Position numbers and translations under genes: made by a program
DNA from: Eubacteriales bacterium
GTDB lineage: Bacteria; Bacillota; Clostridia; Oscillospirales; CAG-272
DNA: 55,632 nucleotides
Direction of reading: 5' to 3'
NCBI GenBank assembly: GCA_045630385.1
Contig: JAZQTA010000064.1
Coordinates: forward strand, 1-55,632
Notes under the pieces: model-generated
What the model was told of the DNA's origin: nothing
What the model saw: the letters and a program-made list of their open reading frames with translations, nothing else
Databases searched by the model: none
Part shown: positions 27,306-35,151 of the stretch, one piece after another
Numbering within the stretch: the stretch's first letter is position 1
How the letters are laid out: each line of letters starts with the position of its first letter

Positions 27306-27330
27306 TTGATCACATAATGGGCATTATGTG
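27306..27330. repeat. right inverted repeat (IRR) of the candidate invertible switch
   Basis: TTGATCACATAATGGGCATTATGTG is the exact reverse complement of 27060-27084. The central dinucleotide is GG here and CC in IRL. Confidence 0.95.
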
Positions 27331-27358
27331 ATTCGGATCGGCTTAGGTCGGTCTTTTT

Positions 27359-28198
27359 TTATAGGATCAGTCGCATGTTTTCCATTTTCCTTCTATGCTC
27401 GGCGGCGGTCGTCGTGGTGTAAATTCGTGTGGTGTTGATGCTGGTGTGGCCGAGAATATCGGCAAGCTTTGCAATATCCTTTTCCATTCCGTAAAAGGTT
27501 CGTGCAAAAAGATGCCGCAGATTATGGGGGTAAACCTTAGCGGGAGAAACATGTGCATCACAACAGAGATTTTTCATATCGCGCCATATATTGTGGCGGC
27601 TGAGCTGTTTTCCGCTTTTTGTGATAAATATCGCGCCCGACTTTATGCTATGCTCCTTGCAGTATTGTAATAGCCTCTTCCGAAGCTCGTAAACGATAAA
27701 AATGCGTCGGTTTTTTCCCTTGCAGTTGACAAAGGCCTCGCCGCACCTTGCCGCTTCCACGGTGATGAAAGGAAGCTCACTTATACGGATGCCGCTACCG
27801 CAGATCGTTTGCAGAACGAGGCACAGTCGATCGTTCCCTTTTTGTCGAGCTGTTTCGATGAGCCTCCGATATTCCGCCTTGGTTAGCTCCTTTTCCTCGG
27901 AGCAGAAGGCGGATTTTTGTATTTTGTATTGCTTCGCGCACAGCTCATAAAGACCGAGAAAACGAAAAAAACTGTTGATGGCTGCGAGCATGGAGTTGGC
28001 GCTTGTAACCGAGTATTTGCTCAAAAGATGGCTTTTATATTCCAAAACCGCTACTTTTGTTAAAGACTTTTTCTCCAAAAAAGAGAAAAAAACGTGCAAG
28101 TCATGTAAGTATTTTTCGATCGTTGCGGCGCTCCGTTCCTCTTTATACAGATGTTCCTTAAAAGCTTGCAGTTCTTTTTGATGCAAAAAATGTCCCAT
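27359..28198 (-). CDS. small tyrosine site-specific recombinase (XerC/XerD/integrase family)
   Basis: 279 aa. It has an N-terminal SAM-like core-binding domain. The catalytic residues are R in GSGIRISEL, H-x-x-R in HNLRHLFAR, H in LGHTSI and Y in TTRIYT. The gene looks more AT-rich than the window by eye. Confidence 0.85.
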   Translation of the reverse strand: MGHFLHQKELQAFKEHLYKEERSAATIEKYLHDLHVFFSFLEKKSLTKVAVLEYKSHLLSKYSVTSANSMLAAINSFFRFLGLYELCAKQYKIQKSAFCSEEKELTKAEYRRLIETARQKGNDRLCLVLQTICGSGIRISELPFITVEAARCGEAFVNCKGKNRRIFIVYELRKRLLQYCKEHSIKSGAIFITKSGKQLSRHNIWRDMKNLCCDAHVSPAKVYPHNLRHLFARTFYGMEKDIAKLADILGHTSINTTRIYTTTTAAEHRRKMENMRLIL

Positions 28199-28302
28199 TT
28201 TTAAACCTCCGATTGTGATTGTTATTGTTATTTTACCACAAAATGAATGTTATGATTATGATTTTTGCATTCTTCAAGATCTGAAATTTAAAAGTGCTTC
28301 TT

Positions 28303-28343
28303 TTAAAAGAGAGCGCCACCGTTCCCGAGAGAGCGGTGGCGCT
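28303..28343 (-). terminator. intrinsic terminator after the ABC operon
   Basis: A 10-bp perfect stem (AGCGCCACCG 28312-28321 pairing with CGGTGGCGCT 28334-28343). The minus-strand continuation is CUCUUUUAAAAG. Confidence 0.5.
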
Positions 28344-28367
28344 TGCCCTTTGATGAAGACCGGTTGG

Positions 28368-29138
28368 TCACATCTGCTTTTTGTTGAAAAGCGGTACGCT
28401 TACCGCGAAGAGCGAAATGCTTATGAAAGCGGTGATAAGGATGGAAGGCAAATACTCCTTGGGGTCTTTCGCACCGTAGATCAGAGAATTGCCGTCCATC
28501 AGCATTATTGGTAAATATTTGTTTGCTTTTGGAACCAAACCGATGAGATAAAAAGCAAAAACAGTGCCGCCCGTTCCGAGCAAAACGCCCGTGCTCGCGC
28601 TCGAAAGTGTGGAGAAAAAGACGATCAGCGCTATGATAAACGAACCGAAGAGCCATTGGCAAACGATGGAGAAGAGCAGATTTTTTGCCACGGAATTGTC
28701 CCAGAAATAGGTGTTGTAGGCGTAGGTGATCCCGAAGCAAAGAAAATATCCGCCGCTCCATGAAAGCATGAGCACCGCCGCCTTGGAAGCGAGCGCCTTG
28801 TGGCGGGAAAGCCCCTTCGTCAAGGAAAGGATCAAAGTGCCCGAGGCGTATTCCTTCGTAAAGATCGCGCTTTCGAGCAAAACGAAGGCGATCAGCGCCA
28901 TGGGAATGTTCTTGAAGAACTGCACCCACGAATCCATCGCGCTGACGGTCACACCGGTGACGGTCATGCCGCTTTCAGCGAGAGAATCCGCCATCATTTC
29001 AAGAAGCCAAGGGGTGAGCTTTGCGATCGCAGGATTCATGATTCCGAAAACGGAAAACAAAGCAAGAAGGATAAAAAGTCTTCCGGAGCGGATCTGCTCA
29101 AGAACTTCTTTTTTCATAAAGGCAAGCAAGGCGTTCAT
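28368..29138 (-). CDS. ABC-2 type transporter permease
   Basis: 256 aa with six predicted hydrophobic segments. Its ATG overlaps the upstream ATPase stop as ATGA (29135-29138). Confidence 0.7.
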   Translation of the reverse strand: MNALLAFMKKEVLEQIRSGRLFILLALFSVFGIMNPAIAKLTPWLLEMMADSLAESGMTVTGVTVSAMDSWVQFFKNIPMALIAFVLLESAIFTKEYASGTLILSLTKGLSRHKALASKAAVLMLSWSGGYFLCFGITYAYNTYFWDNSVAKNLLFSIVCQWLFGSFIIALIVFFSTLSSASTGVLLGTGGTVFAFYLIGLVPKANKYLPIMLMDGNSLIYGAKDPKEYLPSILITAFISISLFAVSVPLFNKKQM

Positions 29139-30034
29139 TTCTTTGCCACCTCCAAAAAAAGCTCCTCCAATCCCTTTTCGGGCTGCTCCAGCTTGAGAAG
29201 GGAGAGCCTGTGATCTGCGATAAAGCGCAAAACCTCCGAAAGCGCATGGTCATTTTCCGAGAAAACCATTTTGTTTTCGCCGTTTATTTTCATGCCGCCA
29301 AAGGCTCTTCGGAGAAGCTCTGTATCGGCGGCGTTTTCGGTCTCGATCGAATATTCTTTTTTCTTATAAAGGGCTTTGATATCCGAAAGCCGCCCTTGCA
29401 GTGTAGCCACGCCTTGATTTAAAAATGCAACGTCGGTGCAGATGCGTTCCACGTCCGAAAGAATATGCGTGGAAAAAAGCACTGTCGTTTGCTCCTTGAC
29501 AGCCAAAAGAATGTCCAAAATTTCTTTTCGTCCCATCGGATCGAGCGCGGACGTCGGCTCGTCGCAAATGAGAAGCTTCGGCTTATTCAGCAGAGCCTGT
29601 GCGATGCCGAGGCGCTGCTTCATGCCGCGGGAAAAGCCGCCGAGACGGTGTGTTTCGCTGAAAAGCCCAACGAGCGAGAGCAGCTCATCTGCGCGCGATA
29701 CGTTTTCCCTTTGGCTCATGCCGGTGATCTCACCGCAGAAGCGAAGATATTCCTTCGCGGTCATAAACGAATAAAATTCCGGCACGTCGGGAAGGTATCC
29801 GATATGGCGATTGGTGGCAGTCTGCCCGTAGGTCACTCGCTCGCCGTTCACGAAAATCTCGCCCGCGTCGGCTTTCAGGAGTCCGAGCACCGCCTTCATC
29901 ACGGTGGTTTTACCCGCACCGTTTTTGCCGACGAAGCCGAAAATGCTATGCGCAGGCACGGAAAGATCAAGCCCCTTCAGCACCTCTTTGTTGCCAAAGC
30001 GCTTATAAAGCCCCTCGACTTGCAATATTCCCAT
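29135..30034 (-). CDS. ABC transporter ATP-binding protein
   Basis: Start MGILQVEGLYKRFG at 30034; the ORF-track start at 30115 adds 27 residues. Walker A GKNGAGKTT, signature FSRGMKQRL, Walker B LLICDEPTSALD. Confidence 0.9.
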   Translation of the reverse strand: MGILQVEGLYKRFGNKEVLKGLDLSVPAHSIFGFVGKNGAGKTTVMKAVLGLLKADAGEIFVNGERVTYGQTATNRHIGYLPDVPEFYSFMTAKEYLRFCGEITGMSQRENVSRADELLSLVGLFSETHRLGGFSRGMKQRLGIAQALLNKPKLLICDEPTSALDPMGRKEILDILLAVKEQTTVLFSTHILSDVERICTDVAFLNQGVATLQGRLSDIKALYKKKEYSIETENAADTELLRRAFGGMKINGENKMVFSENDHALSEVLRFIADHRLSLLKLEQPEKGLEELFLEVAKK

Positions 30035-30240
30035 CAGGACTCCTCCTTGCCGAGAAGGAAATACAGAATAGGACCGATAAAGGTATTCATGAGAACGATT
30101 GACACCGCGGCCCACAGCGCGCGCGTGCCTCTTTTGTAGGTATCGTGTGTAAAGATGTGGCGTAAGGTCAAGCCGAGAACGGCAAGCTCCGCTATGATCA
30201 GCGGAATCAGAAAGGGAAGAAGCTCCTTGATATCAGGCAT
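30034..30240 (-). CDS. PLD-nuclease-N-terminal-domain (PLDc_N) small two-TM membrane protein
   Basis: Start MPDIKELLPF at 30240 with RBS AAGGAGGAAAACA. The WAAVSIVLMNTFIGPILYFLLGK tail is typical of PLDc_N. Its TGA overlaps the ATPase ATG (ATGA at 30034). Confidence 0.6.
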   Translation of the reverse strand: MPDIKELLPFLIPLIIAELAVLGLTLRHIFTHDTYKRGTRALWAAVSIVLMNTFIGPILYFLLGKEES

Positions 30241-30991
30241 TCTTGTTTTCCTCCTTTTCCGCAAACACCTCAACGCAAAGCCCCCTTCTTGCGCATTTGG
30301 GGCAGGTCAGTCGGCGCATTCTCGGCGTATGGTATGCCCAAAATGCCTCCCAAAATTTCGGCTTGAAGATCTCGTGGCACTCGGGGCAGATATAAGCCAC
30401 GTGCCCGAAATAGTAAGCGGACACGATCACGCCCCACGGGATCGCGACGGCCGCCCAAACGCCGAGAAGCCACCAAAGGCCGTTTGTGATGCCGAGAATG
30501 ATGGCGACCCATTGCAGAGCCGTGACGGGAATGCCCGTCAGAACCATGGTCCATCGCATTCTTTTCAGTTTGTTTTTCTGTTTCATAATGTGTGCTATAT
30601 CACCGATGGATTCAACGGAAAATTTCTCGATCTCTTTTGCCTCGCGCTTGATGCCCTCGATCAGCATAAGCTTTTTTTCGCACTCGGAAAGCTCGGAGCG
30701 AAGAAGCGCCTCTTGCTCCTCGAGAAGCACCGAAATGATGCTTTCGGGATTTTTCTCGGCGAACAGAGCGGAAATGCTGTTTATAGGAAGTCCCGCATCG
30801 CGCAGAAAACAAATGATGTGCATTCTTTTCAGATCATCCTCTGTGTAAAGCCTGCGGCCACCCTCGGAAAGCTCGCTCGGAATAAGAATGCCGCGATCGT
30901 CGTAGTACTGCACGGTTCTGACCGAAACGCCCGTGAGTCTTGCAACCTCACCCGTTGTATAGAAGATTGTATTTTCGTTGGCTTGTGACAT
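30233..30991 (-). CDS. MerR family transcriptional regulator with C-terminal two-TM segment and CxxC...CxxC zinc-ribbon
   Basis: Start MSQANEN at 30991, 9 nt after GGAGG. HTH motif YTTGEVARLTGVSVRTVQYYDDRGIL. Two hydrophobic helices follow (LTGIPVTALQWVAIILGI and LWWLLGVWAAVAIPWGVIVSAYYF), then CPECHEIF...CPKCARRG. Confidence 0.8.
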   Translation of the reverse strand: MSQANENTIFYTTGEVARLTGVSVRTVQYYDDRGILIPSELSEGGRRLYTEDDLKRMHIICFLRDAGLPINSISALFAEKNPESIISVLLEEQEALLRSELSECEKKLMLIEGIKREAKEIEKFSVESIGDIAHIMKQKNKLKRMRWTMVLTGIPVTALQWVAIILGITNGLWWLLGVWAAVAIPWGVIVSAYYFGHVAYICPECHEIFKPKFWEAFWAYHTPRMRRLTCPKCARRGLCVEVFAEKEENKNA

Positions 30992-31014
30992 AGCAATCAC
31001 CTCCTTCGCCCCCT

Positions 31015-31057
31015 ATTATACAATATCACGCAGCGTAACGAGCAATACCTTACGCTG
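31015..31057 (-). promoter_or_regulatory. MerR-type promoter with 19-bp spacer and dyad operator
   Basis: The minus strand reads TTGCTC (31045-31040), a 19-bp spacer, then TATAAT (31020-31015). The dyad CAGCGTAA (31031-38) / TTACGCTG (31050-57) straddles the -35 box. ACGCAGCGT in the spacer is itself palindromic. Confidence 0.55.
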
Positions 31058-31110
31058 GGGGATTTTTCGGGGAAAACATGATTTTTTTAAAAGATATATG
31101 GAAATTCGGA

Positions 31111-32208
31111 TCAGTCGTGCAGATATTCGATCTCCACGTGATCTCCGGTAAATGCGTAGAGCATCGCCGCATACTTTAGGCGAAAGCTTACCGTATCTCC
31201 TGTGGAAAGCGGCCTTTTTGCATCGGTCACGTCAAGGATCGTGTGGTCGCTTGAGCCGCCGACGACCTCAATGCCGTCCTCCATCGGAAGAAGATATGCG
31301 GGATGCCCGATATCCTGCTCGCCGATGGCGAGAATGGCGCGCATTCTGCGCCCCTTGTCCTCGGTCTTGATGATCTCGCCCGCCCAGTTCTTCGCGGAGG
31401 TGTTTTTCGGCGCGGAGTCCTTCTCCGTAAGCTCCACGATCTCTGCCGTCAGCGTCACGCTGTCCTCGCGCATTCCTTCGAAGGAAATGCCGCGGTTTAG
31501 GCGAATGTTGATGGGATTTGCGATCATGCCGCCGATGCGCAGATGATTGATGCCGCGCGGCATTTTGTTTTCGCCGCCCTGCAAAAGCAGAGTGTTGATC
31601 GAGCTTCCGCCCGAGGCGTATTCAAGCTCTCGGCCGATGGCTTTTTCCACGGCGCGCTTTCCCTCTAAAAGGTAGGAAAGATTTTTTTCGTCGGGAAGCA
31701 CGCCGTTTAAGCATGCAAGATTCGTGCCAACGCCGCGAAGCTTCAGATTTTTTAAATTCTCCTCCACGAAAACGGCGAGCGAGACAAGCGCGTCAACCGA
31801 ATCCACGCCCTCGCGAAGATCGCCGACGTCCAGCATAAGGATAATTCCGGGCGTCGTTCCTTCCTCTCTTGCGGCATCGTTCAGCGCGATCAAGGCGCTT
31901 TTGTCCGAATGCAGAGAAAGATCTGCGTATTTTGCCGTATCTTTTATATCACAGCGCGGCGGCGTTCTTGTAAGAAGCGTTTCGCAGCCAGCGAGTGCCG
32001 CTTTGATAGGGGCGAGGTGCTTGGCTCTCGAAACCGCGATCTGGCGGCAACCTCCTTCTTTATATGCGCGCGCAACAAGCGTGTCACCGTCCGAAAATTT
32101 TACAACGCCCGCAACCGTGATGCCGTGCCGAGCGCATTCGGCCGTGATGACCTCGGCGTTCTTTTTCAGCGCGTCAAGGTTCAAGGAAAGGCAGGGAAGT
32201 CTTTTCAT
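31111..32208 (-). CDS. alanine/ornithine racemase family PLP-dependent enzyme
   Basis: 365 aa. It has an N-terminal alanine-racemase-type TIM barrel with a probable PLP lysine in VAGVVKFSDG and a C-terminal beta domain. Confidence 0.6.
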   Translation of the reverse strand: MKRLPCLSLNLDALKKNAEVITAECARHGITVAGVVKFSDGDTLVARAYKEGGCRQIAVSRAKHLAPIKAALAGCETLLTRTPPRCDIKDTAKYADLSLHSDKSALIALNDAAREEGTTPGIILMLDVGDLREGVDSVDALVSLAVFVEENLKNLKLRGVGTNLACLNGVLPDEKNLSYLLEGKRAVEKAIGRELEYASGGSSINTLLLQGGENKMPRGINHLRIGGMIANPINIRLNRGISFEGMREDSVTLTAEIVELTEKDSAPKNTSAKNWAGEIIKTEDKGRRMRAILAIGEQDIGHPAYLLPMEDGIEVVGGSSDHTILDVTDAKRPLSTGDTVSFRLKYAAMLYAFTGDHVEIEYLHD

Positions 32209-32239
32209 CGTTTTCTCTCATTTCTGCTTTGTAATTGAA

Positions 32240-32276
32240 AATAAGAAGAAAGCACTCGTGATCGGATCACAAGTGC
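32240..32276 (-). terminator. intrinsic terminator after rpiB
   Basis: The hairpin GCACTTGTGATC...GATCACGAGTGC (32252-32276, one mismatch) is followed on the minus strand by UUUCUUCUUAUUUUC. Confidence 0.6.
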
Positions 32277-32296
32277 CGTCTTTTGTCAGATCGGGT

Positions 32297-32761
32297 TCAG
32301 TCCTTCTGGGAAGCCTCGATCTTATTCATGAGCGCCAAGCGCTCCGCGTGTCTGCCGCCCTCGAATTCGTTCTCAAGGAAGGCGTCCACGATATCCATGG
32401 CGAGGCAAGAGCCGATCACGCGTGCGCCCATGCAAAGCACGTTGGCATCGTTGTGGCATCTCGTCATTTTTGCGGAGTAGGTGTCCGAGCAAAGCGCGGC
32501 GCGAATGCCGTTGAATTTATTTGCGCACATGGACATACCGATGCCCGTGCCGCAGATCAGAATGCCGAAGCAGGAATCCTTGGGCTGGCGCTGAAGATTC
32601 AAACAAACGTGGCGCGCATAGTCGGGATAATGGCAGGAGGCGGTGGAGCTTGTGCCGCAATCGTTCACCACGTAGCCGAGCTCAACGAGATGCGCCTTCA
32701 CCTCTTCCTTGAGGGCAAAGCCTGCTGCATCCGCTCCGATAAAGATATTCTTTCTCAACAT
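32297..32761 (-). CDS. rpiB: ribose-5-phosphate isomerase B (RpiB/LacA/LacB family)
   Basis: Start MLRKNIFIGADAAGF at 32761 (RBS GAGGA); the ORF-track start at 33022 overlaps tsaB. Family motif ILICGTGIGMSMCANK. Confidence 0.85.
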   Translation of the reverse strand: MLRKNIFIGADAAGFALKEEVKAHLVELGYVVNDCGTSSTASCHYPDYARHVCLNLQRQPKDSCFGILICGTGIGMSMCANKFNGIRAALCSDTYSAKMTRCHNDANVLCMGARVIGSCLAMDIVDAFLENEFEGGRHAERLALMNKIEASQKD

Positions 32762-32789
32762 GATAAAATCCTCACTTTTGTAAATGAAA

Positions 32790-33500
32790 TTATTGTTTTG
32801 CTTGATTTTCTTTTTCGAGCCGTTCGCGCTCCGCCTGCGGAAGCCGCAAATAGGAGGGCGAGATCTCTCGGTCGGTGGCCGTTTGGTTCTCCGCCAGCCT
32901 TCTTTTTGCAACCGCCGCGCAGGATGCGCCGCTCTGTGCGCGAAGTCCTCTCGGCGTATTGAAAAGTGCAACGCCTGCGGCGAGAAGCTGCTTTTTTGCA
33001 ACGTCGTAGCCGTCACCGACAAGGTAAATTCCTTTTTCCTCGATCTGCTTCAGCTCCTCTGCGAGCGCATCCAGCGAGATCGCCCGATCCTCGGTGATCC
33101 GTTCAAGCGTCTCTCCGTCCGAGTAAAAGAGCGCGTTATATACTTGATTTCGCCTTGCATCCATCACGGCGGCGATATAGCCGCGCAGTCCGCGCAGATT
33201 TTCTGCCAAGGCCTCAAGCGTCGAAACCTCGATGCAGGGAATATTCTTTCCGAAGGCAAGCCCCTTCACGGTGGCAACGCCGATGCGAACGCCCGTAAAG
33301 GAGCCCGGCCCCACCGTGCAAGCAAGCGCGGTCACGTCCTCGAAGCCCTTATGCACCGAGGCGAGGCAATGCTCTGCCATCGGAAGCAGAAGCTCGCTCT
33401 GCGTGAGTCCGCAGTCCACGGAATATTCCGCTAAAATTTTTTCACCGTCCAAAAGCGCCACAGAGGCAACCTTCGCGGTACTGTCAAATGCCAATATCAT
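32790..33500 (-). CDS. tsaB: tRNA threonylcarbamoyladenosine (t6A) biosynthesis protein TsaB
   Basis: Start MILAFDSTAKVASVALL at 33500. VGPGSFTGVRIGVATVKGL is the TsaB/YeaZ signature. Confidence 0.85.
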   Translation of the reverse strand: MILAFDSTAKVASVALLDGEKILAEYSVDCGLTQSELLLPMAEHCLASVHKGFEDVTALACTVGPGSFTGVRIGVATVKGLAFGKNIPCIEVSTLEALAENLRGLRGYIAAVMDARRNQVYNALFYSDGETLERITEDRAISLDALAEELKQIEEKGIYLVGDGYDVAKKQLLAAGVALFNTPRGLRAQSGASCAAVAKRRLAENQTATDREISPSYLRLPQAERERLEKENQAKQ

Positions 33501-33504
33501 AGCT

Positions 33505-33951
33505 TCACCTCGCGATCGCATCCAGGCCGCAGATCTCAATGCGGCGGCCGCATCCGCCGTCGGTTCTCGTGATCGAGAGCGTGACGTGCGGGGAGGGAAG
33601 CGCGTCCTTCACGTTTTCGGACCATTCGATAAATAGATATCCCTCTCTTGCAAGATAATCCTCAAATCCGATGGCGTAAAGATCCTCTTCATCCTCAATG
33701 CGATACATATCAAAATGGAATACGGCGTGAGTGCCGGCGTATTCGTTCACAATGGTGTAGGTCGGGCTTTTTGCCCCCTTGATGCCGAGCGTCGCCGCAA
33801 AGCCGCGCACGAATGCGGTTTTGCCGACGCCCATTTCGCCCTCCATGGCGATCAGAGCCCCATGCGGTGCGATCCGCGTTAAGACCTCGGCAAGCTCCTT
33901 GCCGACAGCCTCTGTCTCTTCGGCAGAGCTCGTTAAGTATACGTTCTTCAT
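33505..33951 (-). CDS. tsaE: tRNA t6A biosynthesis ATPase TsaE
   Basis: 148 aa with P-loop GEMGVGKTAFVRG and FHFDMYRI. Confidence 0.85.
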   Translation of the reverse strand: MKNVYLTSSAEETEAVGKELAEVLTRIAPHGALIAMEGEMGVGKTAFVRGFAATLGIKGAKSPTYTIVNEYAGTHAVFHFDMYRIEDEEDLYAIGFEDYLAREGYLFIEWSENVKDALPSPHVTLSITRTDGGCGRRIEICGLDAIAR

Positions 33952-33975
33952 ATGATGCCTTTTGAAAACAATTAT

Positions 33976-35151
33976 TTACAATTCAAATTCTTTTAAATAG
34001 TTGCCCGCTTCGTTGCCAAGCAGAAATGCAAGTGCCGCCTTGTATTTTTCTTCGGCGCTCTTGTCGAAATCCTTCACCTTCACAGCGCGAAGAAGCGTGT
34101 TCTTCGGCGTGTCCTGCGGATCGGTCAGCTCGCAGACCTCCACGCGGTAGCCGTTCTTTTCAAGATAAAGCGCGCGCAGACCGTCGGTCAGCGCATCGCA
34201 AAGCTTGCGCTTCAGATGTCCGTAATCGGTGGCGAATGCGAGCGCGCCTTGGTTGATCCTTGCGCTGAGATATTTTTGGCAGCAGGGGGTGGAAAGCACG
34301 GCTCTTGCCGAAAGCCTTGCCGCCGTTTTTAAAACGATATCGGTGGCAACGTCGCAGGCGTGGAGCGAAACCACCAGATGCACGTCACCCTCGCTTTTTA
34401 ATTTGAGAATGTCCTCGCAAACGAATCGCATGCCAAAAAATCCGAGCGCGGCGGCCGTCCGTCCGCAAGCCTCGATCACGTCTGCCTTCAGATCCACGCA
34501 AAGCATATCCACCTGTCTGCCCTTCACGGCGGTAAGGTAGTGATACACGGCAAAGCTCAAATAGCTTTTTCCGCAACAAAGATCGTAAACCGAGAGCACG
34601 CCCTCCTCGGGAAGCGCGCGGTAGATCACCTCTAAATTTTCAAGAAAACGGTGGATCTGCCTGAATTTTCCTTGCATCTTATCGTGCACGCGGCCGTTTT
34701 TATCGCTGATGCCGAGCAGGGTAAGATATCCCTCCGTGCCGTCGATCAGATAGCTCTTTTTTCGGTCGAGCGCCTCAATCGCAAGCGCGGGCGTGTCCGC
34801 AGTATCCGAGGAAAGCTTTCTTTTCAGCTTTTCGCCGCCGAGCAAAACGGCAGAGCCGCCGTTTTTTTGCTTCAATTCTGCATCTCCGAGCGCGGTGATC
34901 AGATTGATCTGCGCAAAATCCGAGATCAGAGGGCGAAGCACCTCCTCCAGCTCGTCAAAGCCTACGTTCTTTTGCGAAACCGTACTGGATTTATGCGTGT
35001 ATTCAAGCGCGAGAAGCGTTCCGTTTTTTCCCTTTGCCATGCGGCCGCTGATCTTTGGATATTCTCCCGCCATCGGCCTTGAAAAAACGATCTTTTTCAG
35101 TTGGCTTTTGTCAAAGGCCTCGATGGCAAGCCATAAAAAATCATTCTGCAT
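33976..35151 (-). CDS. class I SAM-dependent methyltransferase (Methyltransf_32-like)
   Basis: Start MQNDFLWLA at 35151; the ORF-track start at 35253 lies inside plsY. SAM motif I variant VYDLCCGKSYLSFAVY. HACDVATD is also typical of that family. Confidence 0.6.
   Translation of the reverse strand: MQNDFLWLAIEAFDKSQLKKIVFSRPMAGEYPKISGRMAKGKNGTLLALEYTHKSSTVSQKNVGFDELEEVLRPLISDFAQINLITALGDAELKQKNGGSAVLLGGEKLKRKLSSDTADTPALAIEALDRKKSYLIDGTEGYLTLLGISDKNGRVHDKMQGKFRQIHRFLENLEVIYRALPEEGVLSVYDLCCGKSYLSFAVYHYLTAVKGRQVDMLCVDLKADVIEACGRTAAALGFFGMRFVCEDILKLKSEGDVHLVVSLHACDVATDIVLKTAARLSARAVLSTPCCQKYLSARINQGALAFATDYGHLKRKLCDALTDGLRALYLEKNGYRVEVCELTDPQDTPKNTLLRAVKVKDFDKSAEEKYKAALAFLLGNEAGNYLKEFEL

Larger units (their letters stand above)
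27060..27330. promoter_or_regulatory. candidate invertible promoter element (inverton): IRL + 221-bp AT-rich cassette + IRR
   Basis: Perfect 25-bp inverted repeats bracket a cassette holding a strong promoter and a one-directional terminator. A tyrosine recombinase gene ends 29 bp to the right, and the surface-protein gene starts 85 bp to the left. Confidence 0.65.

Noticed and set aside
27060-27330. An alternative reading of the IR-bounded 271-bp unit as a MITE or IS remnant, or as att sites of an integrated element.
   Set aside because: There is no flanking direct duplication and no transposase. The repeats are inverted rather than direct, so a tyrosine recombinase would invert rather than excise. 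The cassette also carries an oriented promoter aimed at the adjacent gene. I kept this reading as the main refutation scenario for the inverton hypothesis.
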